Source: Terriglobia bacterium (GTDB lineage Bacteria; Acidobacteriota; Terriglobia; JAJPHL01; JAPKYU01). From it: 64,000 nt of DNA. Made by a program: the position numbers and the translations under genes. Each line of letters opens with the position of its first letter. Position 1 is the first letter of the stretch. Shown here in pieces: positions 1 to 9,647 of the stretch. The stretch is taken from NCBI GenBank assembly GCA_965223005.1, contig CBDCVK010000010.1, forward strand, positions 1-64,000. The letters run 5' to 3'. A model generated the notes under the pieces. That model did not search any database and was not told the DNA's origin. It saw only the letters and a program-made list of their open reading frames with translations.

Positions 1-1
1 G

Positions 2-448
2 GCCGTACTCTGCAATCTGCCATACCGATTTGTTGTCCCGCTGCCCGTACGCGAGTCCGAAGTCCTCAACTTCTCCAACCAGCACTGGCGACAGCTCGAC
101 GATGCCGGCATGATCACCCACGACCTGGCCCCAGACGAAGTCGCTCAAGCCCTTGCACTCAAGAAGCGCCATCCCGCCCTCTCCGCCAATGACTGCTTCT
201 GTTGCGTCACAGCACTCGCGTACCCCGGCATCCTGCTGACCGGCGACGCTCTGCTCCGTAGAGTCGCGTCCGACAACGGCCTGCGCGTACACGGCGTGCT
301 TTGGATCGTCGACGAACTAGATGCAACCGGAGGCTGCGCCGGATCGCTGCTGACCCAAGCGCTGAAGGTCTGGCAAGGCGACAACACGGTCTTTCTGCCC
401 CAAGACGAGATCTCCAAGCGACTGAAGTACCTTGCTACGCGGTCGTGA
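2..448 (+). CDS. PIN-domain protein (5' partial)
   Basis: Frame is open from the window edge (AVLCNLPYRFVVPLPVRESE...) through ORF 110-448. Contains PIN-like C-terminal motifs LSANDCFC, LLTGDALLR, VHGVLW. Confidence 0.75.
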   Translation, partial: AVLCNLPYRFVVPLPVRESEVLNFSNQHWRQLDDAGMITHDLAPDEVAQALALKKRHPALSANDCFCCVTALAYPGILLTGDALLRRVASDNGLRVHGVLWIVDELDATGGCAGSLLTQALKVWQGDNTVFLPQDEISKRLKYLATRS

Positions 449-885
449 CGGCTACAGCTACGACGATCAACCCCGAGCGTCAGATGCTCTAAGGGCGCAC
501 AGGTCGAGTTCGAGTCGTGCGTCTCATCACGGACCCAGATACGTGCTCGAGTGTTCCTATTGCGGAAAACGCTTCGAGCACCGGACGAACGACCCGACGT
601 TGCGGGCCCACAAGGACAAGGGCAGCTCCAGAGCTCTTATTTTCTGCTGCAATTGCGGATGCGGGCCGGGGGATTGCAGCTGCCGATCATCCGTGTCCAT
701 TCGCATGCTCTAATACTCGTTTCTTGCGCCGAATGTCCCGCTGAGCTGTGTTCATGACCGACCTCCAGATTCTGGACACCTACGGTTACACAATGTGTCC
801 AGCGAGGTCGGAATTTTCTACAAACCACGTATCGAGTACCGCCAGCCGTCCGGAATCCCAGGTGCGGTTGATATGGCGCGCGTGT

Positions 886-2105
886 TTACTCGACCAAAGC
901 AGCTTCCTTGAGCGGCTCGATCACCCCATTTTCTAACTTGCCTTGGTCAAAACCCTTTTCGGACTCCGCGCGCACCGAGACGGAGACCTTACCGGCGAGG
1001 TCGGCGAGGTTCGCAACGGCGTTCCAGGCGGAGAAAAGCTGATTACGGTCGGCTGAGAACGCGATCTCCACCACTTTCTGCTGGGCGGCATCCTCCGTCG
1101 TGGTCTGTCCTAGGGACGGATCGACTGCGGGTCCTGCACCGACCGGTGGCGTCAGTGTCAGGTCCTGGGGCGCAGCGGCTGCAGGCTGCGGAATCGCCTG
1201 GGGCATCATGATGAAGCCAGACTCAAGGTCGATCTCGTCCTCTGCGATATCAGTAGCGATGAGGACTTTGGCAAGCGAGACCAGGTACTTTCCGTCTGGG
1301 CCAAGATCCGGTATTGCCCCCGAGACGTAACCGAACGTCCCTTCTTGGACACCCCTTGCTATCGCCTTCCGGATAACACCGCTCGTCGTGAGCCGAGTAA
1401 ATCCGAGGAAGGAGAAGAACCCATCCATGACTTCAGTTGTCCGCACAGCGAATTTCGGCGACGTACCCTCGCCGAGCTTGAAGAGTTCGACAATCTTTCG
1501 AGGTGTAAGAGTAGAAAACACCCGCGGCTAGACCGTCATCAAGAGTTCCATGATCCGCTCGTGGATCATTGCCTCCTTCTTCTCGTTCAGCGTCGTCTGC
1601 AGTGGGCGGCCTCCCACTGCAACGGTCTCGATGCCAATCGTACCGCCTTCGGCACGTGGGAGGCGGACTTCTGTGTACAGCTTCAGGAAGGCGGACTCGG
1701 CCGCCGCCTTCTCGGTGGCCTCGCGCTCTCGAAGTTGGCTCCTCTGTTCATCAGTGAGGTTGTGTTGCCTCGCCTTCGCCTTGACCTGCTCAATTGCGAC
1801 CAGGTATCTCACGGACCGTCGGAGGCTCTCAACTTGATCGCCAGAAGGAACGGCCAGTCCGAGGCCATTGCGATACCCGCGCGGTTTCTCGCCGTACTTC
1901 CCAAAGATTTCCTTCGCTTGGGTTTCCTGGCCGGCCTTCGATCTTGTTGCGAACTCAAGAGGAAGGTAGGCGATCAGAAACGAAGGATCGTCATTTGGCA
2001 CGCTTACCGTCTTGTCAGGCCAGACAATGGCTGAACGGCGACCCGCAAGCCGTGCCTCCAACATTTCCTTGATTCGATCACGGACTCGGTTTTCGTCCCG
2101 GGCGA
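886..2105 (-). pseudogene. C-terminal part of a DUF499-like AAA+ ATPase, truncated by IS5 and carrying an internal TAG
   Basis: ORFs 1528-2064 and 886-1521 are in the same frame, separated by one TAG (GTC TAG CCG CGG GTG). Motifs PRGYRNGL and RKAIARGVQEGTFGY resemble DUF499 C-termini. The frame runs up to the IS end at 2106. Confidence 0.65.
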
Positions 2106-3167
2106 GGCGTTGTTGCGTAATTCGCGCTCGCGGCGAACCGGGCCGAGAAGCTCATCCGCCTCAGCACACGCGCTCCGATCGTGGCATTCCAAGCTCCGCC
2201 ATCCGGTTCAGCACAGCGCACTTGATCGCGGCTTCGACTTTTTGGTTCTTGACCGTGCGGGCCGAGAGGCTTACCCCGAGTATCGCCTTGTACCGTGAGA
2301 CCGTATTCTCCGCCACGCTCTGGCGAGTGCAGCCACTCGACTTCCGCCACTCATAACGGCCCTGCGTCCTAATACGCCGGAGATGGGTATCACGCATCGC
2401 ACGCCACAGAGGCGGATGAGAGTCTCGGCTGCATCGTGCATTGCGTTGCGGCAAGATCGTCACGATAGCGTCGTGCTGGAGCACGGCCTCGTAGCAGGAA
2501 CCCGTGTCGTAGGCCCGGTCTGCGGAGACTTGCCCGATCGAACCAGGAGTCTTAGACAGCAACGAAGAGAGCCTTCGGGCGTCGTGGACGTTGCTCGCAG
2601 TCAGGTCCATCGCAACGATCTCTTTCGTCGTCTCATCGACGCCTAGGTGGAGCTTTCGCCATGTCCTACGGCGGAGGGTTCGGTGTTTTCTGATGTGCCA
2701 CTCACCGGCTCCGTAGATCTTCAGGCCCGTCGAATCGATGACGACATGTCGTGGTCGATCCGTGGGCCCTACACTCAGTCGGACGTCGACGGCGCTTTGC
2801 CTTCGGCTCACCGTGCTGTAGTTGGGCACTGGGAGGTCGAGAGCCATGAGCGCCACGATGGATTGAAGGAACCCTTGAGTGGTCCGTAGGTTGAGGTGAA
2901 ACACCGAATTCAGGACCAGCGCACATTGGATCGCCGCATCTGCGTAGACCTTGGGCCGGCCTCGCCCTTCGAAGGGTTCTGGATGACGCCAGGCAGCGAC
3001 TGCCTCCGTGTCGAACCACAGTGTCAGCTGCCCACGTTTCACCAGAGCCCGCTTGTACTCCGGCCAGTTGCGAACCTTATATCGGAAGGTGTAGTCGCTT
3101 TTGCCCATCCCCTAGCCGATCAGGAGGGAGAGCGTTGGGGATGGAGTCAGATTTCTGCAACAACGCC
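2106..3167 (-). mobile_element. IS5 family (IS903 group) element, copy 1
   Basis: 1062 bp. Terminal IRs GGCGTTGTTGCGTAA / GGCGTTGTTGCAGAA. Single transposase. No target-site duplication. Confidence 0.92.
2161..3108 (-). CDS. IS903-group DDE transposase
   Basis: YKVRNWPEY..ALVKRG, IDSTGLK.YGAGEW, WRKLHLGVD, SADRAYD motifs. Confidence 0.93.
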   Translation of the reverse strand: MGKSDYTFRYKVRNWPEYKRALVKRGQLTLWFDTEAVAAWRHPEPFEGRGRPKVYADAAIQCALVLNSVFHLNLRTTQGFLQSIVALMALDLPVPNYSTVSRRQSAVDVRLSVGPTDRPRHVVIDSTGLKIYGAGEWHIRKHRTLRRRTWRKLHLGVDETTKEIVAMDLTASNVHDARRLSSLLSKTPGSIGQVSADRAYDTGSCYEAVLQHDAIVTILPQRNARCSRDSHPPLWRAMRDTHLRRIRTQGRYEWRKSSGCTRQSVAENTVSRYKAILGVSLSARTVKNQKVEAAIKCAVLNRMAELGMPRSERVC

Positions 3168-4379
3168 CTCGTCATCATATAAAGCATCGGATAAAAGCGA
3201 TTTCCTCTGCCCGGAACCTCCAAAATCGCTTTCGTTCAGCCTCAGATTAGCTCGCCCCTGTCGAAGAATTTCTGTAAGTCGACTCAAAGCCTGACCGGGG
3301 GTATCCCCCGTCGCATCCTCGATGGCTTCCAAATCGGTATTCAATTTGCTCTCCGTCGAGCCGGAGTATCGGCCCCAGAGCATTGTGTGGATGTACCAGA
3401 ATAACAACCGGTCTCGTTCCTCTTGGTCGGTAAGCTTTCCACCGCGTTGGACCAAATAGCGGCTCATGAGAGGAATCGCATAGCGGCTTCCAAGAACTCG
3501 GTCGTGATCGAGTCCAAGGCGGCTGGCAATGAGATTCAGAAGTCGATCGATAACTTTCTCGGATTTTTCAAGGCCTTCACGAAAAGTCTCAGCACCGATG
3601 TTTTTCATCGCCGTAAAGAGTGCCTCGCCCGTCACGACAGCATTGATGTTTCGAAGCAGCCAATCAAGCTTGAATTGGTAGCCCGCCTTCTGCCATTTCG
3701 ACAGCCTCTTTTTCATCTCGGCGCGGGCTTCCGGCCACTCAGCGCAAATCTTGGCGAGCGTCAGGTCACCCTTTGACAGCTTGGTTCCACCGCTATTGAC
3801 GCGGTTAAAGATGTCCACCACAACGTCAACCGTCTTATCTCCCCCGGTGACCTCTTCCATGTGGAGGTCAGTCGCCGTGATGTTCTCAATGGCATTGATG
3901 CGATTCAAATACTCGGAAATGTGCGGCTGGAATTCGGGGACTAGTAACAGGTGCTGCATCGTCGCCCCTGCCCCGTCTCGCATGACCGTGGTGACGCTCA
4001 GCCAGCGAGGGTCATCTTTCATTTTCGTTGGTGAATAGAACTCGAATGTCTCTTCTTCAAGGTTGAAATAGAGCCCCGTAAAGGTTTGGACGTTACCGTC
4101 GAAGAACTGGGGCGGCTTTCCACGAACGATGCCGTACAGAGAGGTGATTCGCTGTTGTCCGTCCAAAAGTAGTTTGACTGTGCCGGGCGTTAATTGTTGA
4201 TCGCCTCTCGCGTCAGCGGTTTCAGTCTTCGTGACCCATACAAGCAAACTCCCAACTGGATGCTTACGGTAAAGCGAGTACATTAGCGCGCGAACTTGGT
4301 CACGGTTCCAGACGTAGCCTCGCTGAAATTCTGGAAGTGCCATCGAGCCTAAGTCGATTTGGTTAAGAATAGTTTGAAC
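3168..4379 (-). pseudogene. DUF262 (GmrSD N-terminal-like) protein, clipped at both ends
   Basis: LPEFQRGYVW, LLLDGQQR, IFNRVNSGGTKLS motifs. The IS3 IR at 4380 removes the first codon(s). A +1 shift near 3210 (shifted frame reads GRGNRFYPMLYMMT) precedes the cut by IS5. Confidence 0.85.
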
Positions 4380-5075
4380 TGACCTGGCCCCCTTCAATCG
4401 GTCCAGTTGATAAGTTAGAGGTTAGGGTACGGACTGGACATGGAAGGGGGGAGGAATGCCCCGCAGAGGCCGGCTGTGGTTGAACGATGGGTCATGCCTT
4501 CGGTTAAGACCGTGCTGGCAGGATCATGTCTGGGCGTACGATTTTGTGACAGATCGAACCCACGATGGTCGTCCACTGAAGATCTTGACGGTGGTGGATG
4601 AATACACGCGAGAGTGTTTGGCAATCGACGTAGAACGGCGAGCCGATTCGATGAGTGTCTTGGAACGGCTAGCAGCCTTGTTTGTGGAGCGGGGAGTTCC
4701 CGATTGCCTTCGCTCGGATAATGGGTCCGAGTTCACCGCTCGGTTGGTACGGGACTGGCTGGAACGGGTCGGGGTAAAAACCCTGTTCATCGAGCCTGCG
4801 AGCCCCTGGGAAAACGGGTATGTGGAATCGTTTAACGGGAAGTTTCGAGACGAGTTTCTGAATGGAGAGATCTTTTACACCTTGCGGGAAGCGAAGGTGT
4901 TGATTGAGGGATGGCGGCGGGAGTATAACAGAGTTCGCCCGCACAGCGCGTTGGGCTACCGGCCGCCAGCCCCGGAAGTGATCCTGCCGTTACCGCCGGG
5001 TTCCGCCCCGCTCCACCCGGCTGCAACGGCGTATGGACTAACATGGAAGGTGGACCAATAACCGGGGGCAGGTCA
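4380..5075 (+). mobile_element. Internally deleted IS3-family element
   Basis: IRs TGACCTGGCCCC..TCGGTCCA / TGACCTGCCCCC..TTGGTCCA. Only 696 bp. Encodes an rve/DDE domain but no OrfA HTH. Confidence 0.85.
4456..5061 (+). CDS. IS3 OrfB catalytic (rve) domain fused to an OrfA-like start
   Basis: WAYDFV, VVDEYTRE, SDNGSEF, SPWENGYVESFNGKFRDE, RPHSALGY motifs. Strong RBS GGAGG before MPR. Confidence 0.8.
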   Translation: MPRRGRLWLNDGSCLRLRPCWQDHVWAYDFVTDRTHDGRPLKILTVVDEYTRECLAIDVERRADSMSVLERLAALFVERGVPDCLRSDNGSEFTARLVRDWLERVGVKTLFIEPASPWENGYVESFNGKFRDEFLNGEIFYTLREAKVLIEGWRREYNRVRPHSALGYRPPAPEVILPLPPGSAPLHPAATAYGLTWKVDQ

Positions 5076-5267
5076 TCGGTCTCCAGCGTGAACAGGCTAA
5101 AGCGCTTGGACGCATGGTCGATGTCAAAACCGAGAACGCTGCCGACTGCGTAGAGCTCGCCATCTCCGGCCGTCCCAGACTTGAATGCGGACGTCTCCGA
5201 AACCCGGTCTTGCCATAAGTCTCCTGACATAGAGTCTGTCCACCTCGGGGTAGTAATGAAGCTGCAG
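5076..5267 (-). pseudogene. DUF2283-like antitoxin remnant
   Basis: LQLHYYPEVDRLYV in one frame and VLGFDIDHASKRFSLFTLET in another. Cut by the IS3 end. Confidence 0.55.
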
Positions 5268-5771
5268 TTGGCCCTTTCGAAATCTCCGATGCGAGGTAGG
5301 CAATCTGCGGCCATGCGTCGCTTTGCCGCCCAATAACTGGTCATCGACGGGCATGTTGTGCGTCGTGAACTTCAGAAGCTTGATAGCTCAAATAAAGGGG
5401 ATTATAGACCTAAGTCACAACTCCGCTCATCTTGCGCTTGTACAGCACAGGCCCGTTGCCGCCCAATAGGAGCGGGCCAATTCGTACAGGCGATTGCCAG
5501 ATGTCACTCGATGTCGGCCTCCAACTCAGCTTTGGAAGGCTTGTACGAATTAGGCATAAGATGCGCAAGAAGCTTCATCTACGGCTTAGGTTACTTCACG
5601 GCTTTAAGAACGCGCTGTGTGAAAGTACTGGCTGCCAACTCCATGGTGATCTCCATAGTTCAAGACCACAGCTCGTTTGGTAACTTCGTACGCTTGCTCG
5701 ATAGTGTAAGGCGAGACGTATTCGAGTATTGTCAAGGACTGATTTCTTTAGACACTGATTCTGAGAGTTTT

Positions 5772-6560
5772 TTACGCGACTAACGCATACCGTTTGGCGA
5801 ATACCACAGGCGGCATGTTGAGCGCGGAGTGAATCCGCGTGTTGTTGTAGTCCCACAGGGTGCGGTAGATCTCCGCCACTAGCTCCCCCAGTGTTTTGAA
5901 GCGGTTCGGATCTCCCAGGTCAACCTTGAATTTGTCGTAGAACGATTCCTGGTATCCGTTCTCCCAAGGGCACCCCGGGCGGCTCCGTGAAATCACGATG
6001 CCGCATCCATCAAGGATTTCAGTGAACGCCATCGCCTCATACTCCCTCCCGTTGTCGGAGTGGAATAGATCCGGGCGCGGATGATGGAGCAGGGCGTTGG
6101 AAAGCGCCTGAATGGTGAGCGCGGCTCCCTTTCTCACCGTAACCTGGATTCCCAGGATCCGGCGGGTGTAGAGATCGATCACGGTCGCCACATAGACCTT
6201 CTTTCCGTGCTGCACGAACTCGGTGAAGTCCGCTGCCCAGATGTGGTTTGCATATGCGGGCATGACCGCGAGCAGGAGGTTGGGATAGGTCCGGGAAACC
6301 TTGGATTTTCTCCATTTTCTGCCTCTCCTGCGGTAGGGCTTGATGCCAAACAGACGCATGACCCTCTGCGCCCGCTGGCGGCAGAGTCCCAGTGCCGTAG
6401 CAATTCGCCGGGAGCCGTAGGAGGGATGGATCTGCAGCTCTTCTTCCAGGCGGACCTTGAGGCGCCAGTCCTTCTCCTTCATTCTTGGGACGTAATACAG
6501 GCTCGCGCGGGATATGCCAAGGGCTCGGGCAAGCGCTGATTTGTTTCTTCCTTCGCTCAA
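5772..6560 (-). CDS. IS3 transposase OrfB
   Basis: YGSRRI, WAADFT, VIDLYTR, FHSDNGREY, CPWENGYQESF, RIHSAL motifs. Confidence 0.9.
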   Translation of the reverse strand: MSEGRNKSALARALGISRASLYYVPRMKEKDWRLKVRLEEELQIHPSYGSRRIATALGLCRQRAQRVMRLFGIKPYRRRGRKWRKSKVSRTYPNLLLAVMPAYANHIWAADFTEFVQHGKKVYVATVIDLYTRRILGIQVTVRKGAALTIQALSNALLHHPRPDLFHSDNGREYEAMAFTEILDGCGIVISRSRPGCPWENGYQESFYDKFKVDLGDPNRFKTLGELVAEIYRTLWDYNNTRIHSALNMPPVVFAKRYALVA

Positions 6561-6816
6561 TTGTTTTTTGGGTCATGGAGAGCTTGAGCGTGATCTCGCC
6601 CACGAGTTCCAGGAGTTCTCTGTTCTGCTTCTGAAGCCGGGAGAACTCCGCCCAGGACGGGGCACCGGTTGCTCCCTTTACCATCCAACCATAGATGGTC
6701 CCTTCAGAAATACCGTGATCCTTGGCGGCCTGGGCCACCGAGATGCCTTCTTCCTTGACGCGGCGTAGGATATCGGCTTTTACGTCGGCTGCAATACGAT
6801 GATGTTTCTTGTTCAT
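6561..6816 (-). CDS. IS3 transposase OrfA (HTH); stop lost by an apparent A7>A6 deletion
   Basis: HTH region SVAQAAKDHGISEGTIYGW plus leucine zipper. Adding one A to CAAAAAAC restores a TGA and puts OrfB in the -1 frame. Confidence 0.8.
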
Positions 6817-6974
6817 ATGACACCAGGGTAGTTAATTCCCAACCTCAGTGTCTAAATTACCCAGTCCAGGGCAAACACTCGCGTTCCATCGGTTAAATGC
6901 AAGAAACCGCTATTCGTGCTCTTCGTCAGAGAGTTTAGGCGGGCGTTCAGCCAGGTCTCCTGCGTGGAAGCGGC

Positions 6975-7520
6975 GGCGGCAGTGCGCTTACGTGGTTTGT
7001 TTGGCGGTCCTTCGCGCCCACTATCGCAGACTTGCCAACAGTCCCCCGCCCAACATTCAGCTTCTTGGAACTATGCTTGTTCCTTTCAAGCCCCCCAGTT
7101 AGGTCTCATCAACTTCGACCGGGCCTTCGAAAAGTTTACCAGCCACCTCTAGAGACTTTCGCAACCTATGGGCCAGGTGCCATGCGGACTTTTGACTGAT
7201 CCCCAAGTCCCGATGGAGCTTCATCGACGAGACACCTTTGAGACTCGTGGTAAGCAAGTATACCGCAATCGCCCATACCTTGTACGGAAGCTTGGACCCT
7301 TCCATGACGGTTCCCGTTTTCAGGGAGAACATCCTCCGGCCAGGGCATTCACGGCAACGATGCGTCATGGTCCGGTGCTTGATGTTAGCCTGAACGTTTG
7401 ACGATTCGCAGTAAGGACACACTGGGCCATTCGGCCAAAATTGCTGCTCGAACCATGCTTTTGCAGTGGAATCGTCATGGAACATGTCCATTAGTGCCAC
7501 GAGAGTTACTCCCTTACGGT
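6975..7520 (-). pseudogene. IS1595-family transposase remnant
   Basis: Zn ribbon CPYC/CREC, KGVSSMKLHRDLGISQKSAW and VEVDET followed by a premature TAA. A shifted frame continues RNKHSSKKLNVGRGTVGK. The N-terminus is cut by IS5 copy 2. Confidence 0.85.
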
Positions 7521-8582
7521 GGCGTTGTTGCGTAATTCGCGCTCGCGGCGAACCGGGCCGAGAAGCTCATCCGCCTCAGTACACGCGCTCCGATCGTGGC
7601 ATTCCAAGCTCCGCCATCCGGTTCAGCACAGCGCACTTGATCGCGGCTTCGACTTTTTGGTTCTTAACCGTGCGGGCCGAGAGGCTTACCCCGAGTATCG
7701 CCTTGTACCGTGAGACCGCATTCTCCGCCACGCTCTGGCGAGTGCAGCCACTCGACTTCCGCCACTCATAACGGTCCTGCGTCCTAATACGCCGGAGATG
7801 GGTATCACGCATCGCACGCCACGGAGGCGGATGAGAGTCTCGGCTGCATCGTGCATTGCGTCGCGGCAAGATCGTCACGATAGCGTCGTGCTGGAGCACG
7901 GCCTCGTAGCAGGAACCCGTGTCGTAGGCCCGGTCTGCGGAGACTTGCCCGATCGAACCAGGAGTCTTAGACAGCAACGAAGAGAGCCTTCGGGCGTCGT
8001 GGACGTTGCTCGCAGTCAGGTCCATCGCAACGATCTCTTTCGTCGTCTCATCGACGCCTAGGTGGAGCTTTCGCCATGTCCTACGGCGGAGGGTTCGGTG
8101 TTTTCTGATGTGCCACTCACCGGCTCCGTAGATCTTCAGGCCCGTCGAATCGATGACGACATGTCGTGGTCGATCCGTGGGCCCTACACTCAGTCGGACG
8201 TCGACGGCGCTTTGCCTTCGGCTCACCGTGCTGTAGTTGGGCACTGGGAGGTCGAGAGCCATGAGCGCCACGATGGATTGAAGGAACCCTTGAGTGGTCC
8301 GTAGGTTGAGGTGAAACACCGAATTCAGGACCAGCGCACATTGGATCGCCGCATCTGCGTAGACCTTGGGCCGGCCTCGCCCTTCGAAGGGTCCTGGATG
8401 ACGCCAGGCAGCGACTCCCTCCGTGTCGAACCACAGTGTCAGCTGCCCACGTTTCACCAGAGCCCGGTTGTACTCCAGCCAGTTGCGAACTTTATATCGG
8501 AAGGTGTAGTCGCTTTTGCCCATCCCCTAGCCTATCAGGGGGGAGAGCGTTGGGGATGGAGTCAGATTTCTGCAACAACGCC
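7521..8582 (-). mobile_element. IS5 family (IS903 group) element, copy 2
   Basis: Near-identical direct copy of 2106-3167 with the same IRs and length (1062 bp). No TSD. Confidence 0.92.
7576..8523 (-). CDS. IS903-group DDE transposase
   Basis: 315 aa with a few substitutions relative to copy 1. Confidence 0.93.
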   Translation of the reverse strand: MGKSDYTFRYKVRNWLEYNRALVKRGQLTLWFDTEGVAAWRHPGPFEGRGRPKVYADAAIQCALVLNSVFHLNLRTTQGFLQSIVALMALDLPVPNYSTVSRRQSAVDVRLSVGPTDRPRHVVIDSTGLKIYGAGEWHIRKHRTLRRRTWRKLHLGVDETTKEIVAMDLTASNVHDARRLSSLLSKTPGSIGQVSADRAYDTGSCYEAVLQHDAIVTILPRRNARCSRDSHPPPWRAMRDTHLRRIRTQDRYEWRKSSGCTRQSVAENAVSRYKAILGVSLSARTVKNQKVEAAIKCAVLNRMAELGMPRSERVY

Positions 8583-8624
8583 CATCCTAACCTCCGAATC
8601 GTCAGCGCAGCGGAGCCGGGTTCG

Positions 8625-9056
8625 TCAGTCATCCAGAAGGTTGATCAAGCGCAACCCGGGGTATGCCGAAAAACCGCGGTCCAGGGTCACCCATTCGCAA
8701 CCGTGTTCGATTGCCAGGGCCGCATGATAGGCATCCGGAATCCGATTGCCCGTTAGTTGGAGCGTCTCAGACATGCCGCGAAATATGCGCCAATGAGCGC
8801 CGCCGGGACGCAGGGCCGTGCTCGCGGGCTGTGCAAGCAACGCATCAACGAAGGCGATGGCTGCCGCACCAGGCGTAGGCGGATGGAATATCCGAGGGTG
8901 CGTCAATACGCGGAGCACACCGCTGAGCACGAGTTCGAACAGGCCGACCCTATCCCGGCCCGACAAAGCTTCGGCCAGCCACCTCCGGCAGCGTGCGTGA
9001 TGGATTGCGTCCTCGCGGAATGCGCTCACCAGAACATTGACGTCAGGACTCTGCAT
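8625..9056 (-). CDS. vapC: VapC PIN-domain toxin
   Basis: DVNVLV, acidic PIN residues, IPDAYHAALAIEHG, TLDRGF. Overlaps the upstream antitoxin. Confidence 0.9.
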   Translation of the reverse strand: MQSPDVNVLVSAFREDAIHHARCRRWLAEALSGRDRVGLFELVLSGVLRVLTHPRIFHPPTPGAAAIAFVDALLAQPASTALRPGGAHWRIFRGMSETLQLTGNRIPDAYHAALAIEHGCEWVTLDRGFSAYPGLRLINLLDD

Positions 9057-9282
9057 TCATGATGGCTTCGAGCGACGCGTTGTCCGTCAAATCCACGCCA
9101 GGTTGCACACCTTGTCCACGAAACACCGGTATGGGTGGAGCGTCGGCAACGGCGTGAGTTGGGCCCGCCAGGAACTCGCGAAGAGCCTGCTCGATTGTTA
9201 CTTTCAGAGTCTTGCGCTCACACGCCGCATGGGCCTTGACCGCCCGTAGCAACTCCTCATTGATATCTATCGTCGTTCTCAT
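9043..9282 (-). CDS. vapB: VapB RHH antitoxin
   Basis: MRTTIDINEELL...GVDLTDNASL, typical of actinobacterial-type VapB. Confidence 0.88.
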   Translation of the reverse strand: MRTTIDINEELLRAVKAHAACERKTLKVTIEQALREFLAGPTHAVADAPPIPVFRGQGVQPGVDLTDNASLEAIMNAES

Positions 9283-9286
9283 GTGT

Positions 9287-9312
9287 GAAAGCATACTCGT
9301 AAATATGCTTTC
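9287..9312. promoter_or_regulatory. Putative VapB operator
   Basis: Perfect 9-bp inverted repeat GAAAGCATA-N8-TATGCTTTC immediately upstream of the vapB ATG. Confidence 0.65.
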
Positions 9313-9324
9313 GCGCAATAACTG

Positions 9325-9507
9325 CCACTAAAACGACGACATCCCCGGCACGAAGATGATCGAGGAGCCGGAGGAGTTGGGACCGGTCCCAACTCTTCTG
9401 GAAGCCTTCTCGCGAAAGATGCATTCGCACCCCGCCTCTTTCAGCGCCGCTACCTGAGCAGTAGTGTCCTGATCTTCCGTAGATACGCGGGCGTAACCAA
9501 TCAGCAT
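9325..9507 (-). pseudogene. Serine recombinase (resolvase) N-terminal remnant
   Basis: MLIGYARVSTEDQD..QVAALKEAGCECIFREKAS, then a frameshift to WDRSQLLRLLDHLRAGDVVV, then truncated. Confidence 0.85.
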
Positions 9508-9606
9508 TGCGCAAACATATTGCCAATCGAATCAGTACAGCAATAAAGTTGTTGATAACGCAAAGAATTGAACGTAACCGATGGAGAGAAAAGAAGCAGT
9601 GACGGC

Positions 9607-9647
9607 GCTTAGAAGGCAGATGCTCTGTCCGCCTGAGCTACGGGCGC
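9607..9647 (-). tRNA. 5' half only of tRNA-Arg(TCT) (fragment, att-like)
   Basis: GCGCCCGTAGCTCAGGCGGACAGAGCA-TCTGC-CTTCTAA-GC contains the acceptor 5' strand, D arm, anticodon stem 5' strand and loop. No T arm follows. Confidence 0.85.

Larger units (their letters stand above)
5730..6873 (-). mobile_element. IS3-family element (orfA/orfB)
   Basis: Imperfect 28-bp IRs TGCCCTGGACTGGGTAATTTAGACACTG / TGTCAAGGACTGATTTCTTTAGACACTG. orfA starts at 6816; orfB is 5772-6560. Confidence 0.85.

Noticed and set aside
1528-1530. In-frame TAG as pyrrolysine or recoding
   Set aside because: The gene is already IS-truncated, CAG>TAG is the simplest explanation, and TAG is a normal stop for many genes here.
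5358-5729. ORFs in the AT-rich patch between IS elements
   Set aside because: No coherent motif. Only short fragments (e.g. SYKPSKAELEAD) that look like decayed IS cargo.
9510-9612. Group I intron in the tRNA-Arg anticodon
   Set aside because: No group I core and no 3' exon follow; the sequence leads into a resolvase remnant.
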